Shown in pieces: positions 47,471 through 61,490 of a DNA stretch of 64,000 nucleotides. The notes under the pieces were generated by a model, which saw nothing but the letters and a program-made list of their open reading frames with translations, searched no databases and was not told the DNA's origin. The position numbers and the translations under genes were made by a program. This DNA is from the human T2T-CHM13v2.0 reference genome, Homo sapiens: NCBI RefSeq assembly GCF_009914755.1, contig NC_060940.1. One strand, given 5' to 3'. Numbering within the stretch: the stretch's first letter is position 1; each line of letters starts with the position of its first letter.

Positions 47471-47754
47471 AGAAACAGGGTGTCACTCTGTCACCCAGGT
47501 TGGAGTACAGTGGCACTATCCTAGCTCACTGCAAGCTCTGACTCCTGGGCTCAGGAGATCCTCCTGCCTCAGTCTCCGAAGTAGCTGGGACTACAGGCAC
47601 ATGTCACCACACTGGCTAATTTATTTTATTTTTTGTAGAGGTAGGGGTCTTGTTGTGTTACTCAGGGTGGCCTCAAACTCCTGGTCTTGAGTGATCCTCC
47701 TGCCTTGGCCTCCCAGAGTGTTGAGATTACAGACATGAGCCACCACACACGGCC
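47471..47754 (-). mobile_element. AluJ whose tail is the GAA tract
   Basis: agaaacagggtgtcactctgtcacccagg...ctagctcactgcaagc...tttgtagag...gagccaccacacacggcc. Confidence 0.93.
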
Positions 47755-48784
47755 TCATCTGTGCTCTTGAAGCCTCCCGGTGTTTCCTGAGAGCTGTCTT
47801 TTTTTCTCTTTGTATCTCTTTCCCTCTTCCCTGGTGACGTGCACATAGTAGATGCTCAGCAAGAGCTGTTGAATTTGATGATAGAATATTGAGGGAAGAA
47901 AGGAAAAGAAGACAGTGTCTGCCAACTGACTTTCAGCCCCTTTTATTCAAAGCAGAGTGGACACTCCTCTTTCAGTCCTGGAACACTGCATTTTCTTGGA
48001 CAAGACCATTGTCATGGCCCCTTCCCCACCTGACCCACGTTGCTGGGTGCTGTGGAGTGGAGAGAAGCAGAGGACGGGGGAGGCTGGGTGCTGCTCTGTT
48101 CCGTGGAACGCAGAGCAGAGATGATGTGCCCCTCAGGGACGGAGTCAGGTCCCAGGCCCTTCCGCTCCATCTTCCTCAGCAGAGCTCTGGGCTATAGAGC
48201 TGGCTGCAAATGTTAATTGGGCACAACTTAACTTCATTTGACTGCATTAGCTCTGCTGTAATAATCCATAAAGCACAGAATGTGCATCAGATGCAAGTTG
48301 ATTGTGTAAAAGCTATATCTTAATCATATTAATTGAAGTTTCAGATTAGATGGGTTTCCTTTTCAAGCCACATTTTATTACATTTCATTAGCATCATGTT
48401 AATAGCAGCACAATAGCAGAAACTCTGGACATTAGAACAATTTTCTGATGGTTCAACTAAATTTTCTGTGCCGTTAACTCGAATGCTAGCCTGGTTAGGC
48501 GGGATTTCTCTGCTGGTAGAAATATGCCTTCTTCCTTTGTGTCTGCAAATTCCTGCAGCATCAGACAAACCCAGCCTACAATATTTAGACTGATTTTTAC
48601 CAACTTAATAGTTTGGCCTCCAGTGAATCTTGGTCTAGAGATGTAGCTGGTCCTGAGCCCAAAACTGTGCCTTCCCCCTGTCTTTCTTCCTCTTTTCCTC
48701 ACCTACTCCAAAGTGGATTTGAAGTGGCTTATTAAAATATAGATAGCAAGATAAAAGTAAATATGATCAGTGTGTGCAGGGATG

Positions 48785-48920
48785 CTTGGATTCAAATCCT
48801 GACTCCATCACCTCCTCATTGTGTGGCTTCATACAAGTGACTTCTCCAAGCCATGTTTCCTGCCTGTGAGATGAGGAGTCCCCTCCCCGTAGGGCTGCTG
48901 AGGGCTGAATGTGAAGTTCT
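48785..48920 (+). mobile_element. MIR fragment
   Basis: ggattcaaatcctgactccatcac...caagtgacttctc...tgtttcctgcctgtgagatgagg. Confidence 0.7.
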
Positions 48921-48929
48921 TGGGTGGCC

Positions 48930-49290
48930 TGTGTGGCTGGGATGAGTGGGCATGGGGTGGGAGCCGGGGGTCAGGGGTCAGCATGGGCAGGTCCTTCAGG
49001 TCCATGGTAGGACTTGGCTGTTACCCCCAGGGAGATGGAGGCCACTGGGGGCTTGTGGAGTGAGAGGGTGCCCCGGGCTGACATAGGCTGTGAAAAATAA
49101 CTCTGGTTGTTTTGTGGAGGGTGAACTGCAGCGGGGCAAGGGGAAAGCAGGGCCAGGGAGGAGGCTGTTGTGATCATGGTGGTAGCTTGGACTAGTGAGG
49201 GGGAGGATGGTCAAGGCAGGGTCCATTTTGAAGGGGAAGCCAACAGTGTCTATGAGAGACGGGGTGGGGACGTTGGTGAAAGAGAGGGGC
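48930..49290 (-). mobile_element. L2 fragment
   Basis: ccatggtaggacttggctgttac...gatggaggccactggggg...taactctggttgttttgtggagg. Confidence 0.7.
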
Positions 49291-49881
49291 TGAGGGTGGG
49301 TGAAGGGATAGGGGAGTGAAAGTGCTCACTCTGTCAGCCTGTGTCATGCTAGAGCCAGTGCTCCCACCCCTCAGTGCCCTGTCTGCTTCCTTACTGAGCA
49401 GGCTTGTAGGGCTTCATTGCTTCCCCTTCTGAGGAGCATGGCCCAAGTCACACCGGCTCCCAGGCACTCTCGAATGCGCCGGGCGAGCCAAGCAGACTGA
49501 TATCTTGGGTTTTCGTATTGGTTTTCCTGTTCTTCAAGGGGCTCCCACATAGGTTACCACTCTCTTCTCTCTACACCAGCCCCATGCATTAGACAGAGCA
49601 TAAGTTATCTCCTTCCCAGGTAAGCAAAACCACGAGATAAACCACACGTTCAAGGGCAGATGCTCAGTCGTTAGTCTTTGCTACATGAAGTGAGTGAAAT
49701 AACAACACGGACACTTTGGGACCTAGTGAGGACAGGTGTTAGAGAAATCCAAGATTTTCTGATGGTAGGAAAAGGTTTTTGTAAAATCTGGTAATAAAGT
49801 TTAAAATGTTTAAATCAATATAATTCTTATCTCCCCAATGATCTCTTGATTTGGGGCTAAAATTTTCTAGATAAGAAACAG

Positions 49882-50205
<324 letters not shown>

Positions 50206-50372
50206 AAGCCAGAATGAAACCAGTGTTTGATCTCCTCCTGTAAAACTACATGTGATACGCACCTTTTCTCAGTTAATCCCAGTAAGGACCCAAGAATACA
50301 TACTATTATCCCCATTTTACAGCTAAGTTACTGAGGCAATTTTGGCCCCGAAATAGTTTATATTCTATAACA

Positions 50373-50508
50373 AGCCAGGTGCGGTGTCTCATGTCTCTAA
50401 TCCCAGCTACTTGGGAGACTCAAGTGGGAGGATTGTTTGAGGTCAAGAGTTCGAGACCAGCCTAAGCAACATAGTGAGACTTGCATCTCTAAAATGATAA
50501 TGATAAGA
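50373..50508 (+). mobile_element. FLAM-type Alu monomer
   Basis: Monomer flanked by tttatattctataa direct repeats. Confidence 0.85.
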
Positions 50509-50571
50509 ATAATTTATATTCTATAAGATGCCTGAGTTTCCACTCAGTCATAAAAGGTGAGCTGAAATCTC

Positions 50572-50823
50572 AGTTAGATAGGAGGAATAAGTGCAGGAGA
50601 TCGTTCATACAACATGGTGATCACAGTTAATGGTAATGTGTTACATACTTCAGAATTACCAAGAGAGTAGATTTAAGTGTTCTCACCACAGAAAGAAGTA
50701 TGTGAGGTAATACATATGTTATTAGCTTTATTTAGCCTTTCCACAGTATGTGTATGTGTGTGTATATATATAAACATCGTGTTGTAGACCATAAATATAT
50801 ACAATTTTTATCAATTAAAAAAA
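50572..50823 (+). mobile_element. L1MA-type 3' end
   Basis: agttagataggaggaataagt...gagagtagatttaagtgttctcaccaca...tacaatttttatcaattaaaa. Confidence 0.85.
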
Positions 50824-51606
50824 TAGCTGAGCCAGCCAGCAGTTTGTGTACCATGTGTCATCTACTCAGAAGGGATTTTCATATCAAGGCTTGTGTCTCC
50901 AGAAGCCTTCTAATGCGAGCCCTAAATACAAACATCAAAACACATCACCCTCCGGGGAGGCTGCCGCCATCTCAGGATTGCATGTGTAAATGACTCAAGA
51001 AAAAAAACACAGCTCTTGGATTTACAATCGAAAGCTGAAGGTTTCGTCTTGGGGAGAGCTGTGCGTCAGGCAACCAGCCAGGGGTGGGAGAGGCGGCCAG
51101 TGCTCCCCACGCGGGATCCCAGGAGGACCCTTCTAGGAGCAGTGGGCTGAGCCTGCGGTGGGAATCTGTCCCAATTGTCAAGTCCCTGTGTCATCGTTTG
51201 TCAACCAAACAGGCTATGTCACAGCAGATTATGCTGGTGTCGAAGAGAACATTCTGGCTGAAAACACGTCTGAGGCTGAAAAATGTTCCTCCTCAAAAAA
51301 TTGAGTGGTTTTAAGGGAAAAAATGTTCCAGAGGGTTGGTAGGCAGGTGTGGATGTAAATTTTCCCTCCTTTAACGACACAGGGGCAGGTGTCCTTCAGT
51401 ATTTTGTGTGTCGGCCCCAAGACAGGGACATGCGCTGTGACTCCGTACCAGCAGGACAGCCTGGACATCTCAGTGAGGGGACAGTGGGCCAAAGACAGAA
51501 AGGTTAAAGCAGAGATGGAAACTGGTTTGCTGGATCAAATGGGGCCCACAGGTGTATGGGTGGTTGTTTGGTTGTTTGGCTGGCTTAGTGTTCAAAAATT
51601 ATTTAC

Positions 51607-51890
<284 letters not shown>

Positions 51891-51899
51891 TTATTATTA

Positions 51900-52063
51900 T
51901 TATCCAGGTATGGTGGCACATGTCTGTAGTCCCAGCTACTCACGAGGCTGACATAGGAGGATCACTTGAGCCCAGGAGGTTGAGGCTGCAGTGAGCTATG
52001 ATTGTACCACTGCACTCCAGCCTGGGTGATATACCAAGACCCTGTCTAAAAAAGAAAAAAAAA
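51900..52063 (+). mobile_element. Alu right monomer (FRAM/AluJ-type)
   Basis: ggaggatcacttgagcccaggaggttgaggctgcagtgagctatgattg. Confidence 0.88.
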
Positions 52064-52879
52064 TATTTAAATTGTGCACTCAAAAGAAACTGAAAAGAAA
52101 AATCCAGATGTTTGCCTTTTCTGGAAAGACTGGAGGATCTGGCAATTTGGGGCTGGTGTTCTAACATGAGGCATTGTCTGCACTGAGCAGTAGCTGCCCA
52201 CTTTTGGGCAGAGCATGAACTCGCCAGTTTGTTACGCTCTTCACTCATTTAAATTACCTGCCTAGCCCATTTGGCGCTTAAATTTGCAGTCCTGATTCAA
52301 TGCAGGGTCCCAATCACAAGTTCGTTAAAGGGGCCCCCATCCAGCTCCCCATCCGCTCCCCAGTGACTCCTTCCCCCTCCTCTTTTCCTTCCTGTCTGCT
52401 CCTGAGTGAGATAGGACTTAGGGTCAACATTTAAAGAGAAGCCGTTTCCTATTTGTTTTGAAGCTGCAGAATCCCCATTCTCCTCCCCCAGTTCCTTCTA
52501 CCTATTTTGTTCTTCTAATAGCGGGAAAGGGCAGAATTTTAATAATATCTCTCTAGAATGACTTTCTTCATGCATGAATTATTTCTCATTTACAAAGGTT
52601 TGGGAGATACTTTTTCCCCCTCCCTTCTTGCTGTGGAAAATGATGACTGTTTTCATTGCTAGACACATTACTGTCAGAGCTCATGAAGCTGACGGCCGAG
52701 CCCATTTTCCCATGGAGTCCCTCTCCAGCAGCTGGCTCAGCTCATCACATCCCTGAAATAGCTCTTGTCAAGGTATGAACAAGTATCACAGTCACGGTGA
52801 CTAATGGCAGGTGACTGCTGTCATGACTCTGCTGGCCTAGAACAAAGGCAGATGAAAGGCCATGGACAGCCAGCTCCCC

Positions 52880-53060
52880 TCCATTCATCCTTACAACAAC
52901 CTCTTGGAAGTAGGCATTATTGTCATTATTCTTACAGATGAAGGAGCAGAAGCACAGAGAAGTTGAGCCACTTTCCCAAGGTCACCCAGCGAGTAAATGG
53001 AAGAACTAGTACTTAAACTTGGCTCTGCCAACTCCCAACACTTTAACCACCACACTGGGC
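52880..53060 (-). mobile_element. MIR
   Basis: ccttacaacaacctc...cttacagatgaaggagcagaagcacagagaagttgagccactttcccaaggtcacccagc. Confidence 0.85.
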
Positions 53061-53224
53061 TGCCATACCTGGGCTTTTTTTTGAGGGGGGTGGGGTGGGA
53101 TTTCACCCAGAAGCCTGGTTCACATTGAAGAATACAAGATGATTTCTGAGATGTGTGGGTAGCAATGGCGATCCTTCAAAGACTCTACATACCCTTGAAA
53201 GCATTCATGGTTTCAAGTCACTGC

Positions 53225-53420
53225 AACCTTTATACTGTGCTCAGCAGTTTGCAAACTCCATTCCATTTAATCCTCATAACACTCCTTTGAAGTAAGCGTT
53301 GTTCATTCCCACTTTACAGATGCAAAAACTGAGGCTTACAGAGTTTTGTGACTTGCCAAAGATTGAATAGCCCAGAAAGGAAATTGTAACTGAGTCCTGT
53401 CTGGCTCCAAGGACCACTGT
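53225..53420 (-). mobile_element. MIR
   Basis: catttaatcctcataacac...actttacagatgcaaaaactgaggctt...gtgacttgccaaag. Confidence 0.85.
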
Positions 53421-53454
53421 CCTTTGATATCCTCTTTACTGAGGCCTCCTGGGG

Positions 53455-54309
<855 letters not shown>

Positions 54310-55511
54310 TTAGAGACAGACGGAGCTAAGAGATGGAAGAGAGGCCACGTGAACCGGGAACTGGTGGTCCGTCCTGCTACCTTGTAGATAGGAAAGTAGG
54401 GCTGGCTGCTCTGTTGGGTGGAAAAAGAATGAAGTAGGCGTGCTGAAGACTCAGAGATGAAGTGCAAACTGGGCCCTGAGCTCCCTACAGCCCTTCACTC
54501 GTTGGCTTCTTGCCAGAGCCAACTCCAGAGAGGATCTGTTTGGAGCATAACCTACACAAAGGCAATCTGATTGAGCTTCACTGCTGAACACTCGCCCTTG
54601 CCAGCTCACCCCGGCACCTTCCTGCCCTCTCCTGGGTGCTGTTGTAATGCTTGATCACCAGGAGAGACAGCTGGGGCACACGCAGACGCTCCCGCTTCCA
54701 GCATGGGCCCTTCCAGATGAGACAGGTCTGCTCCGCTTCTCAAAATGGCAATTAGGGCCGGTTGGTGCAGCCCCATCTGGAGGCCCGGAAATCTCAACGT
54801 GCACCTGCCAATGCTGTCAGGAGATGTGAAGGCCTCTGCACCTCTGGGGTGTGAGGAAGGGTAGTCTCTGTAATGAGAGGAGGCAGGCTATTACAGTGCT
54901 TATAACTGCATTTCTGTGCATGGAGTGCCATTCTGCAGCTGAGCCCTGGATTGCTTTGTGCTTGCTCTCTGTGGTCCTCATGCTTGGAAAGGCATTTCTA
55001 AGAGGGGTACAGGATACCCTCCCCCCCGAGGAACGTGGAGCCCAGTATTAAAGTATTTCTAGAGCATAGGCTCTTTCTTGCCTAAAAGATACTGTGCATG
55101 ACCCTGCGGGGCTTTCAGTTGGTCCAATTCTTTTTTTTTTTTGTAATCAAATTAATTTTATTTTTAGTTTTTATTTAATTTCATTTTTTTTGCAAACTCT
55201 TCTTTTAGGTTCGGGGGTACACATGCAGGTTTGTTACATGGGTAAATTGTGTGTCCTGGGGGGGTTTGGGGTGTAGATTATTTCATCATCCAAGTAATGA
55301 GCATAGTACCTGAAAAGTCGTTTTTCGACCCTCACCCTCCTCCACCCTCCACCCTCAAGTCGGTCCCAGTGTCTATTGTTCCCCTCTTTGCTCATTGTTT
55401 AGTCCCCACTTACAAGTGAGAACATGCAGTGTTTGGTTTTCTGTTCCTGCATGAATTTGCTTAGTATAATGACCTCTAACTCCATCCATGTTGCTGCAAA
55501 GGACATAATTT

Positions 55512-56303
55512 TGAGAGGTGAAGCCAGCTGGGCTTCCGGGTCAGGTGGGGACTTGGAGAACTTTTCTGTCTAGCTAAAGGATTGTAAACACACCAATCAG
55601 TGCTCTGTGTCTAGCTAAAGGTTTGTAAATGCACCAATCAGCACTCTGTAAAAACGCACCAATCAGCGCTCTGTGTCTAGCTAAAGGTTTGTAAATGCAC
55701 CAATCAGCACTCTGTAAAAACGCACCAATCAATGCTCTGCATCTAGCTAAAGGTTTGTAAACGCACCAATCAGCACTCTGTAAAAACGGACTAATCACTG
55801 CTCTGTAAAATGGACCAATCACCAGGATGTGGGTGGGGCCGAATCATGCAATAAAAGCTGGCCACCTGAGCCAAAGCGGCAACCCACTTTGGTCCACTTC
55901 CAAGGTGTGGAATGTTTGTACTTTTGCTCTTCACAATGAATCTTTCTGCTGCTCACTCTTTGGGTCTGCACTGCTTTTATGAGCTGTAATACTCACTGCG
56001 AAGGTCTGCAGCTTCACTCCTGAAGCCAGCGACACCACCAACCCACAGGGAGGAACAAACAACTCTGGACCCGCCACCTTTAAGAGCTTTAACACTCACT
56101 GCAAAGGTCTGCAGCTTCACTCCTGAAGTAAGCGAGACCACGAACCCACCGGAAGGAAGAAACTCTGGACACATCTGAACATTTGAAGGAACAAACTCCA
56201 GACATACAATCTTTAACTGTAACACTCACCGCAAGGGTCTGTGGCATCATTCTTGAAGTCAGCGAGACCAAGAACCCACTGGAAGGAACCAATTCTGGAC
56301 ACA
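55512..56303 (+). mobile_element. Solo LTR12 (ERV9/HERV9 LTR)
   Basis: tgagaggtgaagccagctgggcttc...ggaaggaaccaattctggacaca; TSD attt at 55508-55511 and 56304-56307. Confidence 0.96.
55590..55860 (+). promoter_or_regulatory. LTR12 U3 enhancer/promoter: CCAAT (NF-Y) array, GT box and AATAAA TATA-like box
   Basis: CCAAT at 55593, 55634, 55659, 55700, 55725, 55766 and 55815; gggtggggcc at 55831; aataaaa at 55850. Activity not shown. Confidence 0.7.
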
Positions 56304-56364
56304 ATTTTCCTCTTATTTTTAAATTCTTTTTATGCAAACCCTCTATTCTGGTCCAGGTGCTCCC

Positions 56365-56487
56365 CTTTGGGGCAGAGGATGAACTTGCCAGTTTGTTATG
56401 CTCTTCACTAATTTAAATTACCTGTCTAGCCCAGTTGGCACTCAAATTTGCAGTCCTGATTCAATACAGGGTCCCAATCACAAGTTC
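56365..56487 (+). repeat. 123-bp direct copy of 52201-52323
   Basis: Gapless alignment by eye, 113/123 identical. Confidence 0.93.
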
Positions 56488-57503
56488 CACAGCATGCCCT
56501 GTTGTTGACGCATCCATGGATGTGTCAGCCTAGGCCTCCTTCTCTCCACCACCATGGAAGTAGATCCTCACAGCCTCTTAGGCATCCCCCTTCCCATAAC
56601 ATAGCTGATGGGACCATAATACCTTCCAGCCTAACTCTGCTACTAACTAGTGTCTCTGTGAGATGCTGCAGATCCACTGTGCAGTTAGGCTGGAAGGTAT
56701 TATGAACTGCAGGGCTGTGGGGGTGAGTTGGGGATATCCAGGCTGGACTATGTGTGTGTGTGGAACAAATGCAGCTGGTCTGAGAGAAGTTGAGCTTGGA
56801 GAGAGCAAGAGGTAAGAGGCCATCCGCCCAGGATCTTGCTAACATTCCAGGTCCTTGGTCCTGTCTGTCTTGACAACCTGCCAAGTTTCCTATGTCTTGC
56901 ATTGCAGGAGATAAATTTATAAGAAGCCTAATTTTTAATTGAGTTATAATTTATATACAATAATTGCTCCAATCTTGAGTTGCTTCTGGACGCTGGATGA
57001 TGCCTGATGAACCACTTCCCCACGTGATGACTGTGCCACAGTCCTCCATTTGTTTACTATGCTGCTCCCAAGCCAGTGGTGCTCTCCTTCCTGTTCTTTG
57101 CTTTGTTGAGCCCTTCCCATCCACCATGAAGCCCTCACTGACTTCCCCAGCCCAGAAAGGTCTGCCTGCACTTTGAGCACAGGACTTGACTCTACAGGGA
57201 GGCAGTGCAGTTAAACAGGCTGAAGTGAGCTTCTCCTCATGCGAGGTCCGGACTGGGTGCTGGAGACACAAAGACAGACACAAAGACAGACACAGTCCGG
57301 CCTCCAGGGGTTCGCCACAGAGGAGACAGCCATGTAAAAACCCCAACCACAATGCAGTGAGACAGGTGCTAAATGAGAGCCTTTCCTGCTGTTAGGGGAG
57401 GCCAGGGTCCTCAAGGAAAGATGGAAAACAAGGTAACGTTGGAACTTAAGGATGGATGAAACTTTGCCAGGTACAAAGAGACAAAGAGACCCTGCATGTT
57501 TGC

Positions 57504-57948
57504 TTGCTAAAGAAAAATATATTCAGAAGCTTGTTAAAATGGTAAGGAAGACTTTATTTAAGATTGTTGCAATAGAAGTATCGTAATAGGAGAGAGAGAT
57601 TGAGCTCAGCTCCAAATACAGCAAGGATAAGTGGGGATTTACAGCCAAGCAGTAGGGTGAGGGGGTCAGGGGATAGAAAATTACTGAGGAGGGACATCAA
57701 AGGCAAGGAACTTCTTGCTAAACTGACTGTCTTAGCTTGGACTGCCATAACAAATGCCATAGACTGGATGGCTGAAACAACAGACATTGATTTTCTCACA
57801 GTTCCAGAGGCTGGAAGTCTGACATCAGGAAGCCAGCAAGGGCAGGTTCTGGTAAGGGCTTCTCTCCTGGCTTGTGGCTGTCTTGCTGTGTCCTCATATG
57901 GCCTTTCTTGTCCATATGAAGAGAGAGAGAGTGAGAGAGAGAGAGAGA

Positions 57949-57987
<39 letters not shown>

Positions 57988-58396
57988 CTTGTCAGTTCTT
58001 TTTCTTTTTTAAGGCCGTTAATTACATCACGAGGGCTATATCCTCACGACCTAATCTAACCTTAATTACCTCCCAAAAGGCCCTTCTCCAAATATCATCA
58101 CACTGGGGGTGAGGGCTGACACATGTAACTTGGGGCAAGAGGACACAAGCATTTGATCTCTAACACTGGCCTGATAGGATTCTTGCTAAAGACAGGCCAA
58201 GGATTTAGACACCAAGGGTGAGGGATGAAGAACTTGATCAGATGTCAAGCGTGATCAGTAGGGGGACGACTTAGCAGGACTCTTTGCTAAGAATGGGTGG
58301 GGCAGGTACAAGACAAGACCTTGGGGTTGAGGGCTGGTTGAAAAGAGAGCTCAGAGGAGCCTGATCAGTGTTTGTTCAAGGAGAGAATCTTTGTTG
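57504..58396 (-). mobile_element. MER31-like ERV1 LTR, split by MLT1A
   Basis: aaggaagactttatt...gattgagctcagctccaaatacagcaagga...gctcagaggagcctga...caaggagagaatctttgt. Confidence 0.8.
57728..58165 (-). mobile_element. MLT1A/MLT1A0-like MaLR LTR with internal (GA)n at about 57920-57983
   Basis: tgtcttagcttggactgccataacaaatgccatagactgg...ctaatctaaccttaattacctcccaaa...taaca; 5-bp TSD ctgac/ctggc. Confidence 0.88.
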
Positions 58397-58598
58397 TAGT
58401 CCAGATTCTTACTATTATGTGCAAAAAGGACTTCTCTCCTTCACTGTCCCTGGCCTGGAGTGAAAGAACTGTCCACTCTCTGATACAGGAGGCATCTCTC
58501 TTTTACTCACTCACCTTCTTCTCTCCCTGACTTCGCCCTCTTTCTTTTCCCAACTACTTTAATTTCCGGAGATCTAGAAGTCTCAGCATCTGGAAATC

Positions 58599-58616
58599 TC
58601 ACACACACACACATAC

Positions 58617-58651
<35 letters not shown>
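58599..58651. repeat. (CA)n microsatellite, interrupted
   Basis: Seen directly. Confidence 0.95.
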
Positions 58652-58721
58652 AAATGATAATGAGACCATACTGGAAGTCTCTTCAGATGTAAAGAAGGAA
58701 GGGGTAAAAACCCCACTTCCC

Positions 58722-58844
58722 AGTTGGGCGCAGTGGCTCACATCTGTAATCACAGCGCTTTGAAGGTTGAGGTGGGAGGCTTGCTTGAAGCCAGGAGTTC
58801 GAGACCAGCTTGTTAAAATGGTAAGGAACATAGTGTGATCCCAT

Positions 58845-58882
<38 letters not shown>

Positions 58883-59052
58883 AGCCAGGTGTGATGGTAT
58901 ATACCTGTAGTCCCAACTACTCAGGAGGTTGAGGTGGGGGGATCGCTTGAGTCCAGGAATTCAAGGCTGAAGTGAGCCGTGATTGTGCCATTGCACTCCA
59001 GCCTGGGTGACAGAGTAAGACCTTGTCCCTAAAAAAGCAAAACCAAAACAAA
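58722..59052 (+). mobile_element. AluJ with an A32 linker and a templated insertion
   Basis: Dimer; pure A run at 58849-58880; ttcaaggctgaagtgagccgtgattg. Confidence 0.93.
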
Positions 59053-59791
59053 TAATGCGAAAATACCTACTTTATGTAAAGTCATGTTATTAGGGAGCTA
59101 GGAACCAAAGCGAGCAGGACTGGAGGCAGTCAGTCCTCTCAGACAGACAAAGGCTGGTGAATAAAGAAACCCACATGCAGTAAGAGCAAGGATCAAGGTG
59201 CTGGCCCAGCATCAGGATCAAGGTGCGGAGGCAATGCTGGCTGCTCCCATTTTGCAGAAAAGAGGGAGCAGGCTTGACTTATTTATGACACACTGTAAAC
59301 TCTGCTCCATTCGTGCCACAGTCTTCTCCATGGTCCCTCCGTGCTTTGCATAGAGTTGTGTCTCAGAAAATATTTGTTGTACAAATGAAATTTAATTAGA
59401 AGCCACTGCTTAGTTACCTTTATCACAAATGTTAGCATGATTTATCACCAGGTTGCCCAGTAAATTGAGTGACAGGCCAAAGATATATTGTAAGGTGTTA
59501 AAAAGAATTCTGAATAGCCTGCCCTTCTTTTCAAATACCTTTTTTTCTATTCTTTTTCTTTGACAAGAGTTTTGAAATCATGAGTGCAAGTAGGTGATAT
59601 ATGAGTGCCCTTGATTTCTTATAGCTATGAAAAATATAAGGAGCTTGGCTTTAAAAAATCCCATCTTTACTGATCATCTACCCTTGGTGGATATGTGAAT
59701 TGGTATAGCCTTCAAGGAGGAGAATTTGACAATATCTATGAAATTGTAAGCGCACCTTTCCTTCTATCCAGCAGTCCTCATTCGAGGCCGT

Positions 59792-60210
59792 CTGTTCTGG
59801 TTATCTATGACTGTGTAACAAACCACTTCAAAACTTAGTATCTTAAAATAACAATTTATTATTATGGCTCACACTTCTGCATGTAGACCTGGAGATTCTT
59901 GCTTAGGGACTCACATGGTCACAGCCAGATGAAGGCTCGGCTGGTCCGGCCATCTAAGGTGGCTCACTTCCAAGTCTGGCAGTGGGTGCTGGCTGGCAGC
60001 TGGGCTCAGTGGGGGCTACTGGCTGGGCCACCCTTCCATGGCCTCTTCAGTTTTCATAGCTTGGTGGTTGGGTTCCTAAGTGCGGTATCTCCTCAAAAAG
60101 TGTTCCAAAAAGGAAAAACTGGAAGATTCCAGGTCAGCTAAGGGCAATTCCCAGAACCAGTCGATTGTCCCGTCTGCCCTGTTCTGTTGGTCACAGCCAT
60201 CAGTGGATTC
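59792..60210 (-). mobile_element. MLT1-type LTR
   Basis: ggttatctatgactgtgtaacaaaccacttcaaaacttagt...ggtggctcact...ttctgttggtcacagc. Confidence 0.7.
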
Positions 60211-60666
60211 CACCAAGGCCTCTAGGCCCCTACTCCCATTATATGGTCTTTGAAATGTTTTCCCAATTTCCTTCTCCTTGTTTTATTAAGTATCAGAACT
60301 CTTTTATATACTGGGTTATTTTAGTTAGGGTTCAACAACTGTAAGCAAGAGAAACTGGTCACAAGCAGTAGAGAATTCACTGGATGGGGAGTGGTTGAGG
60401 AATGGAGCCTGGAAAAGGCAGAAGTGCTCAGCACTCTCTTGTGGGTTCTGCTGTGGGAATGAATGAACTCAATGATTTATTTTGTCCTTGTTTCTCTGCT
60501 CAGGGGTCAGTATCCCAGGAAAGAGACCCTGGCTGGCTGAGCTTAGGTCAGGAGCCAAACTCCTGTCTGCGGGGAGCAGAGGAAAGATCTGGCAGAAGGA
60601 GCTTCTGGGGACTCTGATAGCTTCCCCAGCGGGAGAGCAGGTGCCCAGATTTCCATCCCAGCATGA

Positions 60667-61187
<521 letters not shown>

Positions 61188-61269
61188 TCTTCCACTGAGT
61201 TTCTAACACCTCCTCCCTATCTCACACTCTGCATCCACAACCAAGTATGAACCCCAGGTAAGGTCCAAG

Positions 61270-61490
61270 AAGGATGGACTTCGGGGCCAGACACACCTGG
61301 CTGGGTTAGCTATCGGTTGGGTGACTGTGGGCACTCACAATCTCTCCCAGACTCAGTTTCCTTATCTGTAAAATGAAGGTAATAATTCCTAATTTTCAGA
61401 GTTCTTGTGAGGATTTGAGATTACCTATATAAAGAGTTTTGTACAGTCTATGGCCCACAGTAGACCTTTAGTAAGTGGCAGCCATTGCAT
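61270..61490 (+). mobile_element. MIR
   Basis: ctcagtttccttatctgtaaaatgaaggtaataattcc...ttgtgaggattt...tggcccacagtagac. Confidence 0.85.

Larger units (their letters stand above)
55131..56335 (-). mobile_element. Truncated L1PA15/16-like 3' end (host of LTR12)
   Basis: ggttcgggggtacacatgcaggtttgttacatgggtaaattgtgtgtc...catgttgctgcaaaggacata|...attctttttatg. Confidence 0.85.

Noticed and set aside
47241-47690. Poly-Leu, poly-Phe and poly-Ser ORFs
   Set aside because: Translation artefacts of the stop-free (TTC)n tract and the adjacent Alu.
55590-56290. Regularly spaced repeats resembling a CRISPR array (also at 32480-32880)
   Set aside because: These are the known U3 and U5 tandem repeats of LTR12, with no unique spacers, in eukaryotic DNA.
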